A stretch of 19,832 nt of DNA from Chloroflexota bacterium (GCA_003577355.1 QEUZ01000028.1:1-19832), one strand, 5' to 3'. Counted from the stretch's first letter, positions 1 through 7,425 are shown. The notes: generated by a model not told the origin, from the sequence alone. A program made the numbers and translations.

Positions 1-1
1 G

Positions 2-1045
2 CGCCATGCACTCGTCGACCGAATTGCTCGGCAACTGGAACGCGAACTGAACGCGGTCTACCCGATTTCGGCAGGGTTGCAGCGAGCGCTGGATACAGTG
101 GACACAGATTGGCTGGAGCGCTGCACAGCGCAACTGCTAAGTATTCCCCCAGCGACGCGTGCCAAGCTGCTGGACAGCGAGGAGTTCTTTCTGGGGCTCT
201 CCCCCGCCGATTGCCCGGTACCTGTGGAAGAACGCATCGACCTGCGTGGTGACATGCCCTGGGGGGTGTTCGCCGCGATCGGGCGTGTCATCTCTAGCAG
301 CGGCCCGGACGTTGGGCGGATTACCGCAGAATTGCAAGACATTGCGGGGTTCGCACCACTTCGACGGGCGCTCGAACGTGTGTTCTTCCAACGTAGCCGC
401 TACTTGCGCCACTATCGCGTGCTGCGCGATGCGCGTCGGATTATTTCCGCTCTTACCTATGACGTCCTCCCCGCGGCACATGCGCTGTCAAAGCAGCGGC
501 AGGAGAAGCATCAGCGCTTTCAGCGCGTGCTCGCCGGGATCTCTGATGAATTTGGCGATCGCAGCGCGTTGATGGAACTGGTGAACGCCAACTTTGCGCC
601 GTTCCCTGACCCAGCCCCTCGTATGGCAGAGATTGACCGCGCGTTTGCCGTCAGGTTCCATAGACTCGAGCAGCACTATGCCGACTTTCGCTCGCTGGAG
701 CATGTCGAACGCGACCCACAGGCCTTTTCCTGCACCGAACGCGAAGAACTGCGGGCGCTGTTCGGTCTGTACGGCGCCGAACTCGATGATCGCCTCAGTG
801 GGAGATACACGCTGGAATATCTGGACGAACGCCAGTTACACTGGTCGGATCTGGAACCACTGGTCGGATCTGGAACTGCGCGACCTGCAGCCTGTCCGAC
901 GGGAAGTCGCTGGCCAGGCAGCCAGTCGGTATGGACTGCTCCTGCGCCAGCTCATGTCAAGAGAAGGCGCCGGCACTCAGCTGGCGTAATCGGCCAGATC
1001 ATCCGGGCGCAACAGCAGGACGCTGCCGCCGTCAAGTTCCAGTAG
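2..1045 (+). CDS. Hypothetical protein, 5'-truncated by the window edge. The reading frame is open from position 2. The 3' end is frameshifted by a 19-bp tandem duplication; the probable ancestral stop is at 987..989.
   Basis: Frame 2 is open from the first bases of the window (…RHALVDRIARQLERELNAVYPISAGLQRALDTVDTDW…), so the gene starts upstream of the window. High GC3 codon usage consistent with neighbours. After the duplicated 19-mer (839..876) the frame-2 tail becomes Arg-rich junk-like (…PLVGSGTARPAACPTGSRWPG…) and runs 69 nt into the convergent crp-family gene. Removing one copy restores a plausible helical tail …HWSDLELRDLQPVRREVAGQAASRYGLLLRQLMSREGAGTQLA* ending at 989. No recognisable family. 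Confidence 0.5.
   Translation, partial: RHALVDRIARQLERELNAVYPISAGLQRALDTVDTDWLERCTAQLLSIPPATRAKLLDSEEFFLGLSPADCPVPVEERIDLRGDMPWGVFAAIGRVISSSGPDVGRITAELQDIAGFAPLRRALERVFFQRSRYLRHYRVLRDARRIISALTYDVLPAAHALSKQRQEKHQRFQRVLAGISDEFGDRSALMELVNANFAPFPDPAPRMAEIDRAFAVRFHRLEQHYADFRSLEHVERDPQAFSCTEREELRALFGLYGAELDDRLSGRYTLEYLDERQLHWSDLEPLVGSGTARPAACPTGSRWPGSQSVWTAPAPAHVKRRRRHSAGVIGQIIRAQQQDAAAVKFQ
839..876 (+). repeat. Perfect 19-bp direct tandem duplication (cactggtcggatctggaac x2) inside the CDS above; 19 is not divisible by 3, so it causes a +1 frameshift.
   Basis: Read directly: …gttaCACTGGTCGGATCTGGAACCACTGGTCGGATCTGGAACtgcgcg… Copy 1 is 839..857 and copy 2 is 858..876, identical. Confidence 0.9.
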
Positions 1046-1675
1046 CCCGAGCGACTGGAAGGTGGCGAGTGCTTTATTGACGCTGACGCGGGTTGCGCCG
1101 AGCTCGGCAGCGAGTTCGCCCTGACTGCGACCCAGCACAATGCGCACGCCGGCGGGTTCAGGCGTGCCGGCCCGTTCGGCACGGGCCAGTAGCCACTTGG
1201 CAAGCCGGCCGGGGATGTCCAGCGTCAGCAAATCGGAGAGGCGTTCATTGCCGCCGCGCACCATGGCCGTCAGCGCCAGGAGCAGGCTGCGCGCCAGTGC
1301 TGGCTCGCGGTCCAGCAGGTCCAACACCACCTGGCGCGGCACGATGCGCACCACCACCGGCTGCTGGGCGGTGACCGTGGCGGAGCGCGGTTGGCCGTCG
1401 ATCAGCGAGAGCTCGCCGAACGAGGCGGGGGCATCGAGCGTGGCAAGGACGATCTCCTGCCCGCGCAGCGATACACGGCTGACCACGACCTGACCGTGCT
1501 CCAGCAGCAGCAGGCTATCGCCGGGGTCCCCCTCGCTGCACAGCACCTGGCCGCGTGGGTAGCGCCGGGCGTAGCTGGCACGGGCGAGGTGCAGGAGTGC
1601 AGGTTCCGGCAACCGCGCCAGCAACGGCAGATCGGCCAGACTCTGGACGACCGCCGCGACATTGTCCGTCGACAT
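977..1675 (-). CDS. Crp/Fnr-family transcriptional regulator (cNMP-binding domain plus C-terminal HTH).
   Basis: Translation MSTDNVAAVVQSLADLPLLARLPEPALLHLA…GQVLCSEGDPGDSLLLLEHGQVVVSRVSLRGQEIVLATLDAPASFGELSLIDGQPRSATVTA… is a typical cNMP-binding beta-roll with the FGELSL motif, followed by an HTH (…RSQGELAAELGATRVSVNKALATFQSLGLL…). I chose the internal ATG at 1675 (M41 of the listed ORF) because the 40-aa upstream extension is Cys/Arg-rich and non-protein-like. Stop TGA at 977..979. Confidence 0.8.
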   Translation of the reverse strand: MSTDNVAAVVQSLADLPLLARLPEPALLHLARASYARRYPRGQVLCSEGDPGDSLLLLEHGQVVVSRVSLRGQEIVLATLDAPASFGELSLIDGQPRSATVTAQQPVVVRIVPRQVVLDLLDREPALARSLLLALTAMVRGGNERLSDLLTLDIPGRLAKWLLARAERAGTPEPAGVRIVLGRSQGELAAELGATRVSVNKALATFQSLGLLELDGGSVLLLRPDDLADYAS

Positions 1676-1812
1676 GGTTCGCCGCCCACCCCTGCCTGTA
1701 TCGCGAAACACACCTGTGGAGTATAGCGACTGGCGGCGCGCTCGAGCCTGCCAGTCGATGATCGAAGCAGGGCACCCATTACACGTGGAAGACACAGAAA
1801 CGGGGATGACAG

Positions 1813-2346
1813 ATGGACTTTCAGGAGATTGAACGCCGCTACGCCGAACTCGATGGCCAGTACCGCAACGGGAGCCTGACCTCCGAACAGTTCAACCAGC
1901 AGCTCGCGACCCTGATGACAAAGGACGAGCACGGGCGCTGGTGGACCAAGCGCCGTGGCAGCGGGGCCTGGTGCGTCTTCGACGGCACAACCTGGAACCC
2001 CGGCAACCCCTACCCGGCTGCTACTCCAGTTGCTCCGGCGGTGGTACAACAGCCCGCGTTCGCCCCAACTGCCGTCGCAGTGGCACAGCCGGTTGGCGCA
2101 ATCGCTGTTCAGCCGGTGCAGCCGCAGCCAGTAGCCGAGGCCGTGCAACAGCCAGCCGCCAGGGGCATGGGAGCCAAGGCACTGATCTACTACGCGCTGG
2201 CGTTGGTCCCGATCATCGGGCTGGCGCTCTGGCTCTCGTTCCGCAAGAGCGACGACAGCGCCAAGCGCGCGATAGCCAGGGTCATCCTGATCATCACTAT
2301 CTGCTCGTTCGCGCTCGGCATTGCGTTGAACGCCGCTGCGGCCTGA
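1813..2346 (+). CDS. Hypothetical membrane protein: N-terminal SHOCT-like soluble domain, Pro/Ala/Val-rich linker, two C-terminal TM helices.
   Basis: MDFQEIERRYAELDGQYRNGSLTSEQFNQQLATLM resembles the SHOCT motif. This is followed by W-rich GRWWTKRRGSGAWCVFDGTTWNPGNP, an APAVVQQPAF…VQPVQPQP linker, then ALIYYALALVPIIGLALWLSF and VILIITICSFALGIALNAAA hydrophobic helices. ATG preceded by acggggatgacag (GGGGA SD-like). The overlapping antisense ORF 1402..2400 is Arg-rich junk. Confidence 0.65.
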   Translation: MDFQEIERRYAELDGQYRNGSLTSEQFNQQLATLMTKDEHGRWWTKRRGSGAWCVFDGTTWNPGNPYPAATPVAPAVVQQPAFAPTAVAVAQPVGAIAVQPVQPQPVAEAVQQPAARGMGAKALIYYALALVPIIGLALWLSFRKSDDSAKRAIARVILIITICSFALGIALNAAAA

Positions 2347-2357
2347 GCGGAGTGGGA

Positions 2358-2388
2358 GCGCCCGCCGGCCAGAGATGCCGGCGCGCGC
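2358..2388. terminator. GC-rich hairpin between convergent genes (candidate bidirectional intrinsic terminator, weak U-tract).
   Basis: gcgcccgccggc-cagagat-gccggcgcgcgc: an 11-12 bp stem with one mismatch and a 7-nt loop, lying between the stop at 2346 (+) and the stop at 2406 (-). Confidence 0.35.
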
Positions 2389-2405
2389 TTGGCATGTCAC
2401 GGGGG

Positions 2406-3530
2406 CTACTCGAAGGTGATCTCCCAGCCCCCTGTTGCCATGACTTCGATGATGATCGCCGATGATGCAACGATGACCCGACCGTCGTAGGGGTCGGTCT
2501 CATTCACCAGGAGCTGGTAGCGGTCGCCGTATGCAACCACCCCGAAATAGCGGCCCTCGGCGTTCCCGACGATGTGGGCGATGTCGGGCGTACCGTCGAT
2601 GATGAAGACATCGTCTCCTGAACCGGAAATCGTGCCGGGTACTGTGACACGGCGTGCCATCGAAAGGGGGCGGACCTCGATGTACCACTCCCCCACTGCT
2701 GAAATCTGAAGGCGTGTCGTCTGTTCGTCATCAAGAAAGTCGAGCGGCACGACCCCTTCATAGACATCGGTGGTGTTGACGAGTAAGTCGACCTGGTTCC
2801 CGGCAGCATCGTAACTCTCAACCCCAAAGTAGCGGCTGGCAGCGTTGCCGCGGATGTACAGCAGCGCTGGCCCGTTGGGGTCGCCAGGCTTCTGGATCTC
2901 GATGACGTTGTCGCCGGAGCCGGTATAGACGATTGGTGTGGGGACCGGCGTTGGCGTCGGCGTTGGGGGTACCGGAGTCGGTGTGTTCGTCGGGCGCGGG
3001 GTATTGGTCGGCTTAGGGGTATTGGTCGGGCGTGGCGTGTTGGTGGGCTTAGGGGTAAGAGTCGGCGTCGGTGAGGGCGCACGGGTTGCCGTCGCCGTCG
3101 CCGTTGGGGTTGACGAGGCGGTCGGCTCGATGGCAGCGCCGCCCGCCACGCTCGTGCGGGTAGGTACGACGCGCGCTGCCTGTCCATCATCATCGCCATC
3201 ATCATTGTTGGCAACCGCGGCGATGATCCCTGCCAGGACACAGACTCCAAGCAATCCGGCGCCGGCCAGCAAGGCAATGCGCAATGGTTTGCGTCTGGGC
3301 GGCGATTGTGCAGGCGGAGCTGTCGCGAGTGGGATGGGCTGCGCAGCATCTTGCTCTCGGGCAAGCCGGAGCAATGTCTCATAGCTCAGCCCACTGAGCT
3401 GCGCTGCCTGGCGGAGGTTCTCACGGACTGCTGTACGCGGTTCTCCGCAGCCGGGGCAGAACCGTGCCGCACTGGGCATCGTCGTGTGGCAATGCGGACA
3501 CTCGACTGTTCCATCTCCGGTAGCGGGCAT
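2406..3530 (-). CDS. Zinc-ribbon / single-pass membrane protein with an extracytoplasmic Pro-Thr-rich repeat linker and two tandem ~60-aa beta-rich repeat domains.
   Basis: I chose the start at ATG 3530 (M81 of the listed ORF). It is preceded by GGAGAAGAGC (SD), and the listed upstream extension is read out of an AT-rich promoter island. N-terminus has a C4 zinc ribbon: CPHCHTTMPSAARFCPGCGEP. TM helix: LRIALLAGAGLLGVCVLAGIIAAV. Acidic NNDDGDDDG, then PTNTPRPTNTPKPTNTPRPTNTPTPVPPTPTPTPVPTP. Then two paralogous repeats: GSGDNVIEIQKPGDPNGPALLYIRGNAASRYFGVESYDAAGNQVDLLVNTTDVYEG… and GSGDDVFIIDGTPDIAHIVGNAEGRYFGVVAYGDRYQLLVNETDPYDG…. Confidence 0.7.
   Translation of the reverse strand: MPATGDGTVECPHCHTTMPSAARFCPGCGEPRTAVRENLRQAAQLSGLSYETLLRLAREQDAAQPIPLATAPPAQSPPRRKPLRIALLAGAGLLGVCVLAGIIAAVANNDDGDDDGQAARVVPTRTSVAGGAAIEPTASSTPTATATATRAPSPTPTLTPKPTNTPRPTNTPKPTNTPRPTNTPTPVPPTPTPTPVPTPIVYTGSGDNVIEIQKPGDPNGPALLYIRGNAASRYFGVESYDAAGNQVDLLVNTTDVYEGVVPLDFLDDEQTTRLQISAVGEWYIEVRPLSMARRVTVPGTISGSGDDVFIIDGTPDIAHIVGNAEGRYFGVVAYGDRYQLLVNETDPYDGRVIVASSAIIIEVMATGGWEITFE
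2985..3065 (-). repeat. ~15-bp tandem nucleotide repeats encoding the (PTNTP[RK])n linker of the CDS above.
   Basis: + strand: gggtattggtcggcttaggggtattggtcgggcgtggcgtgttggtgggcttagggg…; repeated gggtattggtcgg units are visible. Confidence 0.6.
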
Positions 3531-3600
3531 GCTCTTCTCCGATGCTGAGGGAAGCACGGCACTCGCTCGTGCCGAACACACAGTGACGCAAGTTTCGGGA

Positions 3601-3629
3601 AGTATACACTTATGATTGATGTTACGCAA
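3601..3629 (-). promoter_or_regulatory. Sigma70-like promoter for the zinc-ribbon gene: TTGCGT-N17-TATACT on the minus strand.
   Basis: Minus-strand reading of the only AT-rich island in this spacer: …TTGCGTaacatcaatcataagtgTATACTtcccg… -35 = rc of 3624..3629, -10 = rc of 3601..3606, 17-bp spacing. This gives a ~60-nt leader to the ATG at 3530. Confidence 0.5.
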
Positions 3630-3823
3630 GAAATGCGTATTTGCGCCCAGAAGCACCGTGACGAGCGGGTCGGTGGCCGACTGCAGCCGATTCACACCGG
3701 TTTTCTCGAGCAGTCGTCGCGGGCTGACCGCAAGAGGTGCAGCGCCAGCACTGACGACGGGAGATAGCACAACCGGCGTTACACCCGGATGTCAGACGTT
3801 CAGCGAGATGTGCGGCGGCAGGC

Positions 3824-3849
3824 AGCTCAGGCGTGTCGCATCCTGAGCT
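3824..3849 (-). terminator. Hairpin (8-bp stem agctcagg/cctgagct, 10-nt loop) 32 nt downstream of the SBP-like gene stop; no U-tract.
   Basis: Inverted repeat read directly; lies in the 3' region of the minus-strand operon ending at 3881. Confidence 0.25.
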
Positions 3850-3880
3850 ACCTGCAGGTATTTTCGACAGCGACGCTGCC

Positions 3881-5296
3881 TCACTGTGGGGCGAAGCGCA
3901 GCACGCCGTTCAGGCCGGGGTTCCAGTTGGGCAGGCGCGGGCCGACCCCGTGGAGGATGTACGGGGCGTAGAGGAAGAGCCAGGGGGCATCGGCGTGGAC
4001 GCTGCGGGAGACCTGGCGGTAGAGCGCGTTGCGCTGGGCATCGTCGGTGGTGCGGGTGGCCTGGTCGAGCAGCGCATCGACCTGCGGGTTGCGGTACCCC
4101 TGCCACCACGGGCCGCGGTGGCCGGAGTGCAGCTTCTCGCGCAGCACGCGGTAGGTGCTGATGGGTGAGGAATCGAAGCAGCACCCATCGGCGATCTGCT
4201 TGTTGCGCACCATATGGGCATAGGCCAGCCGGTCCGGGTGGGAGCGCAGGGTGACACGCACGCCGCACACCGCCAATTGCTCCTCCAGCAGCAGACCAAG
4301 GAGCGGCGCTTCGTCGGGCAGGCGCGTCGGCAGGTCGATCGTCAGGTCCAGCCCGTCAGGGTAGCCAGCTGTGGCCAGCAGCGCACGCGCGCGCTCCGGG
4401 TCGTGCTGGTAGGGCACGACTGCTGAGTCGTAACCGGCGTGCAACGTCGTCAGGGGGCCGTTTGTGCGCTGGGCTGCCCCGCCAGCGGCAACGGCGATGA
4501 TCCGCTCGACATCCAGGGCGTGGTTCAGCGCCTGGCGCACGCGGGCATCGGCACACACGCCGGCCGCGCAGTTCAGCATGAAGATCACGCAGAGGCTGCC
4601 GGGCGTGGCCGTTACCCGCAGGTTGCCGCCGGCCTCCAGCATGGCGCGGTCGTGGGCGGCGACGCCGCTGATGATGTCGACGTCTCCACGCACGAGGGCC
4701 TCGACGCGCTGCTCGCTGGACGGCATCTGCGCGAAGTGCACCTGGGCAACCGGCGGTTCGCCGCGCCAGTGCCGGGGGTTCGCCACAAGGGTCAGGCGTC
4801 CATCGCCGGATTCGGCGAGGGTGAACGGCCCACTGCCGATACTGGCGTCGCCAGCACGGGTGATGGCGATGTCGGCGAGCAGGTCGAGCAGGTCGGCCAT
4901 CGGTTCAGCCGTGACAATGCGCACGGCATCACGCCCGTGGGGTTCGATGCGGGCATCCCCCAGGTATCCAGCGAGCACACCGGCGGTGGCCATTTCGCCG
5001 CCGAGCGCCGGGTCGCTGACCCGGCGCAGGCTGGCGACGACATCGGCTGGGGTGAGTTGTGCGCCATCGCTGAAGGCGGCCGTCCCCAATTGCACGGTCC
5101 AAGTGCGGGCGTCCGGCGCGCACGACCAGGCGCTCGCCAGGGCAGGCGCGAAGGTTGCTGGTCCAGTGCGTGTAACGAGCGGGTCGTAGAGCGCCCAGCG
5201 CACGCTCAGCAGGTCGGCGCTATCGGTGTTGGTGTGCGGGTCGACCAGCGCGACCCGTGGCTGGCCGATCCGCATAGCCCTGTTGGTGCCGCTCAT
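3881..5296 (-). CDS. ABC-transporter family-5 solute-binding-protein homolog (DppA/OppA/NikA-like fold) lacking any signal peptide or lipobox, so predicted cytoplasmic.
   Basis: MSGTNRAMRIGQPRVALVDPHTNTDSADLLSVRWALYDPLVTRTGPATFAPALASAWSCAPDARTWTVQLGTAAFSDGAQLTPADVVASLRRVSDP… matches the SBP_bac_5 N-terminal signature (…DP…D…Y(D/E)xLV…PxLAxSW…W…LR…F(S)DG…T(A)xDV…SL). It is full length (471 aa). The N-terminus has no hydrophobic h-region. Start ATG 5296 overlaps the upstream S9 gene stop (ATGA). Confidence 0.75.
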   Translation of the reverse strand: MSGTNRAMRIGQPRVALVDPHTNTDSADLLSVRWALYDPLVTRTGPATFAPALASAWSCAPDARTWTVQLGTAAFSDGAQLTPADVVASLRRVSDPALGGEMATAGVLAGYLGDARIEPHGRDAVRIVTAEPMADLLDLLADIAITRAGDASIGSGPFTLAESGDGRLTLVANPRHWRGEPPVAQVHFAQMPSSEQRVEALVRGDVDIISGVAAHDRAMLEAGGNLRVTATPGSLCVIFMLNCAAGVCADARVRQALNHALDVERIIAVAAGGAAQRTNGPLTTLHAGYDSAVVPYQHDPERARALLATAGYPDGLDLTIDLPTRLPDEAPLLGLLLEEQLAVCGVRVTLRSHPDRLAYAHMVRNKQIADGCCFDSSPISTYRVLREKLHSGHRGPWWQGYRNPQVDALLDQATRTTDDAQRNALYRQVSRSVHADAPWLFLYAPYILHGVGPRLPNWNPGLNGVLRFAPQ

Positions 5297-7242
5297 GCCG
5301 GGCCACCCAGGTGGTCCTGGAACCAGGCCAGCTCGCGCCGCCAGAAGTCCGCGCGGTGCTCCGGGTGGCCGAACAGCAGGAAGAGATGGTCGGCCCCTGG
5401 GTAGCGCACGAACTCGGTTTCGACGCCAGCCTTCAGCAGGCTGACAAAGAGCTGCTCCCCCTGGCCGATCGGGCAGCGTTCATCCGCCTCGCCGTGGATG
5501 ATCAGGGTCGGCGTGGTGGCGTTATGGATGAACTCGGAGGGGGAGTGCTTGGCGTACGCCTCCTTGCCGAGGTGCGGTGGGTAGCCGAACTGGTTCTCGC
5601 CAAAGTAGTGGCCGATGTCGCTGGTGCCGTAGAACGATTCGAAGTCGAAACAGGGCGCGCCGCAGACGCAGGCGGCGAAGCGCTGGGTCTGGCCGAGCAT
5701 CCAGCTGGTCATGTAGCCGCCGTAGGAGTAGCCGCGGATGCCGGTGCGGGCGGGGTCGACATAGGGGCGCTTGAGCACCTCGTCGACGACCGCCAGCAGG
5801 TCGAGGTAGTCCTCGCCGCCCCAGTCGGTATGCACCCGGTGGGCGAAGTCGCGCCCGTAGGAGCCGGAGCCGCGCGGGTTGGCGTAGACGACCAGGAACC
5901 CGTGGGTGGCCAGCACCTGCTGCCAGGGGTAGAAGCCCCAGCCGTAGTAGCCGTGCGGGCCGCCGTGGATATCCATGACGAGCGGGTATTTCTTGCTGGG
6001 GTCGAAGTCGGGCGGATGGAGCAACCAGGCGTCAACGGTCAGGTCGCCGCGTTCGACCAGGATCTTCTCCGGCATGGCCGGGGGCGCTTCGGCGAAGACG
6101 GCGGCGCTGTAGTTCGTGATGACCTCACGCGCGCCGGTCTGCAGGTCGAAGACGGAGATTTCGTGGACATGCCCGGCGTCGTGGAAGGTCTGTGCCACGT
6201 AGCGGCCGGCGGCATCGACGCTGAGGCCGGCGTGCAGCTCGTTCCAGATGACGACCGGCTCGATGCCGCCGGAGGTGGCTCCCACAGTGTAGAGGCCGCT
6301 GGCCCCAGCGCGCGCGGCGCTGAACAGCACCTGCTCGTCGTCCAGCCAGACTGGTGCGGCCGGCGCGCCGGACATCACATCGCCGCCGGTCGGCAGCATC
6401 GGGGTATCCTCACTGATCTGGCGCAGGTCGCCACGTGCCACGTCGTAGACATACAGGTCGGTCTGCGGGCTGGCGTTCGGCGTCGCCGCCATGATGATGC
6501 GGTCGCCGCTGGGTGACCACGACCAGAGCGAGACCACCCCCTTCTCCGGCCCGATGATCGTCTGTTCGCCACTGGCGACATCGAAGATCACCAGCTGCGA
6601 CGCCATGCCGTTGAGGGTGAAGCGCTGCGCGCCGATCTTCGTGCCGTCCGGCGACCAGCGCGGGGCCATGTGGTCGACCAGGTCGCTGCTGATGCGGCGC
6701 TTCTCGCCACTGGCAACATCGACGACCCAGACATGCAGGCGCAGGTCGTTGAGGTAGCCGCGGGTGTCCTGCTTGTAGTCGATACGCCGGGTCACCCGTA
6801 CCTTCGGAGCGGCCCCATCGGGTGGGTCGGCTTCGTCCGGGTTCTCCGGGTCCCAGGTGGTGGTGTAGGCCAGGTGGGAGCCATCTGGCGACCAGGCCAG
6901 CTCGCCAATGCCCTGGTTGTGGCGCGTGACTTCGCGCGCCTCACCGGCGCCATTGGCCGGCATAACGAAGATACCGGCGCGTTTCACCCGGTCGGAGACG
7001 AACGCGATCGTTGCGCCATCCGGCGACCAGCGGGCTACGGCGTTGCGGGAACCCTGCTGGGTGAGCTGGCGCGTGTTGCTGCCGTCGCGGTTGGTGATCC
7101 AGAGCTGGCTGCCGGTCTTCTTCGTCTGCGGGTCGGCCTTGCTCAGCCCGTAGACGATGCGCTCGCCATCCGGCGAAATCTGCGGGTCGGCTGCTGATGA
7201 AAAGCCATACACCACCGTTTCCGGGGTGAGGGGGTTCGGCAT
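5293..7242 (-). CDS. S9-family serine peptidase (prolyl oligopeptidase / acylaminoacyl-peptidase-like): N-terminal beta-propeller plus C-terminal alpha/beta-hydrolase domain; no signal peptide.
   Basis: I chose the start at ATG 7242 (MPNPLTPETVVYGF…), preceded by an excellent SD (cactGAGAGGAGAcaaccgcATG). The 114-aa upstream extension in the listed ORF is Arg/Pro-rich junk. Repeated WSPDG propeller blades: WSPDGATIAF, WSPDGSHLAY, WSPDGTKIGA, WSWSPSGDRI. Catalytic Ser in GYSYGGYMT, Asp in HGEADERCP, His in YPGADHLF, in the D/H order typical of S9. Stop TGA at 5293..5295. Confidence 0.85.
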   Translation of the reverse strand: MPNPLTPETVVYGFSSAADPQISPDGERIVYGLSKADPQTKKTGSQLWITNRDGSNTRQLTQQGSRNAVARWSPDGATIAFVSDRVKRAGIFVMPANGAGEAREVTRHNQGIGELAWSPDGSHLAYTTTWDPENPDEADPPDGAAPKVRVTRRIDYKQDTRGYLNDLRLHVWVVDVASGEKRRISSDLVDHMAPRWSPDGTKIGAQRFTLNGMASQLVIFDVASGEQTIIGPEKGVVSLWSWSPSGDRIIMAATPNASPQTDLYVYDVARGDLRQISEDTPMLPTGGDVMSGAPAAPVWLDDEQVLFSAARAGASGLYTVGATSGGIEPVVIWNELHAGLSVDAAGRYVAQTFHDAGHVHEISVFDLQTGAREVITNYSAAVFAEAPPAMPEKILVERGDLTVDAWLLHPPDFDPSKKYPLVMDIHGGPHGYYGWGFYPWQQVLATHGFLVVYANPRGSGSYGRDFAHRVHTDWGGEDYLDLLAVVDEVLKRPYVDPARTGIRGYSYGGYMTSWMLGQTQRFAACVCGAPCFDFESFYGTSDIGHYFGENQFGYPPHLGKEAYAKHSPSEFIHNATTPTLIIHGEADERCPIGQGEQLFVSLLKAGVETEFVRYPGADHLFLLFGHPEHRADFWRRELAWFQDHLGGPA

Positions 7243-7397
7243 GCGGTTGTCTCCTCTCAGTGCGGGGTGTCGTCCCATCTGACACGCTCCCGCCTCGCCG
7301 GCGCTATGTTCGCATGCCGCGCCGGTTCGCGCTGCCGTTGTGCGCCAGTTAGCCTGAACCTCACCATTTCTCCGGGTTGGTGTGGTACGCAGGCGAC

Positions 7398-7425
7398 TTG
7401 TCTTCGAAGCCGACTTTGCTATAGT
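7398..7425 (+). promoter_or_regulatory. Candidate sigma70-like promoter TTGTCT-N16-TATAGT for the S8 protease gene; it would imply a ~200-nt leader.
   Basis: …gacTTGTCTtcgaagccgactttgcTATAGTgcc… is the only reasonable -35/-10 pair in the 388-bp divergent intergenic region. Confidence 0.3.

Noticed and set aside
1676-1795. N-terminal 40-aa extension of the Crp-family ORF
   Set aside because: MSSTCNGCPASIIDWQARARRQ… is not protein-like; the regulator domain begins at the internal ATG 1675.
1402-2400. 332-aa minus-strand ORF
   Set aside because: Overlaps both the Crp-family gene (other frame) and the opposite-strand membrane-protein gene; Arg-rich junk. The + strand 1813..2346 ORF has coherent TM and linker architecture.
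3531-3770. N-terminal 80-aa extension of the zinc-ribbon ORF (listed as 2406..3770)
   Set aside because: The extension is read through the AT-rich promoter island and has poor codon usage. The internal ATG at 3530 has a good SD and begins directly at the zinc-ribbon domain.
4439-5404. 321-aa + strand ORF, plus ORFs 3886..4161, 3910..4299 and 4464..5189
   Set aside because: All overlap the SBP_bac_5 homolog on the opposite strand or in other frames, with Arg/Gly-rich translations; GC-driven artefacts.
5311-6516. 401-aa + strand ORF
   Set aside because: Antisense to the S9 peptidase, which has clear catalytic motifs; Gly/Ala/Val/Arg-rich junk translation.
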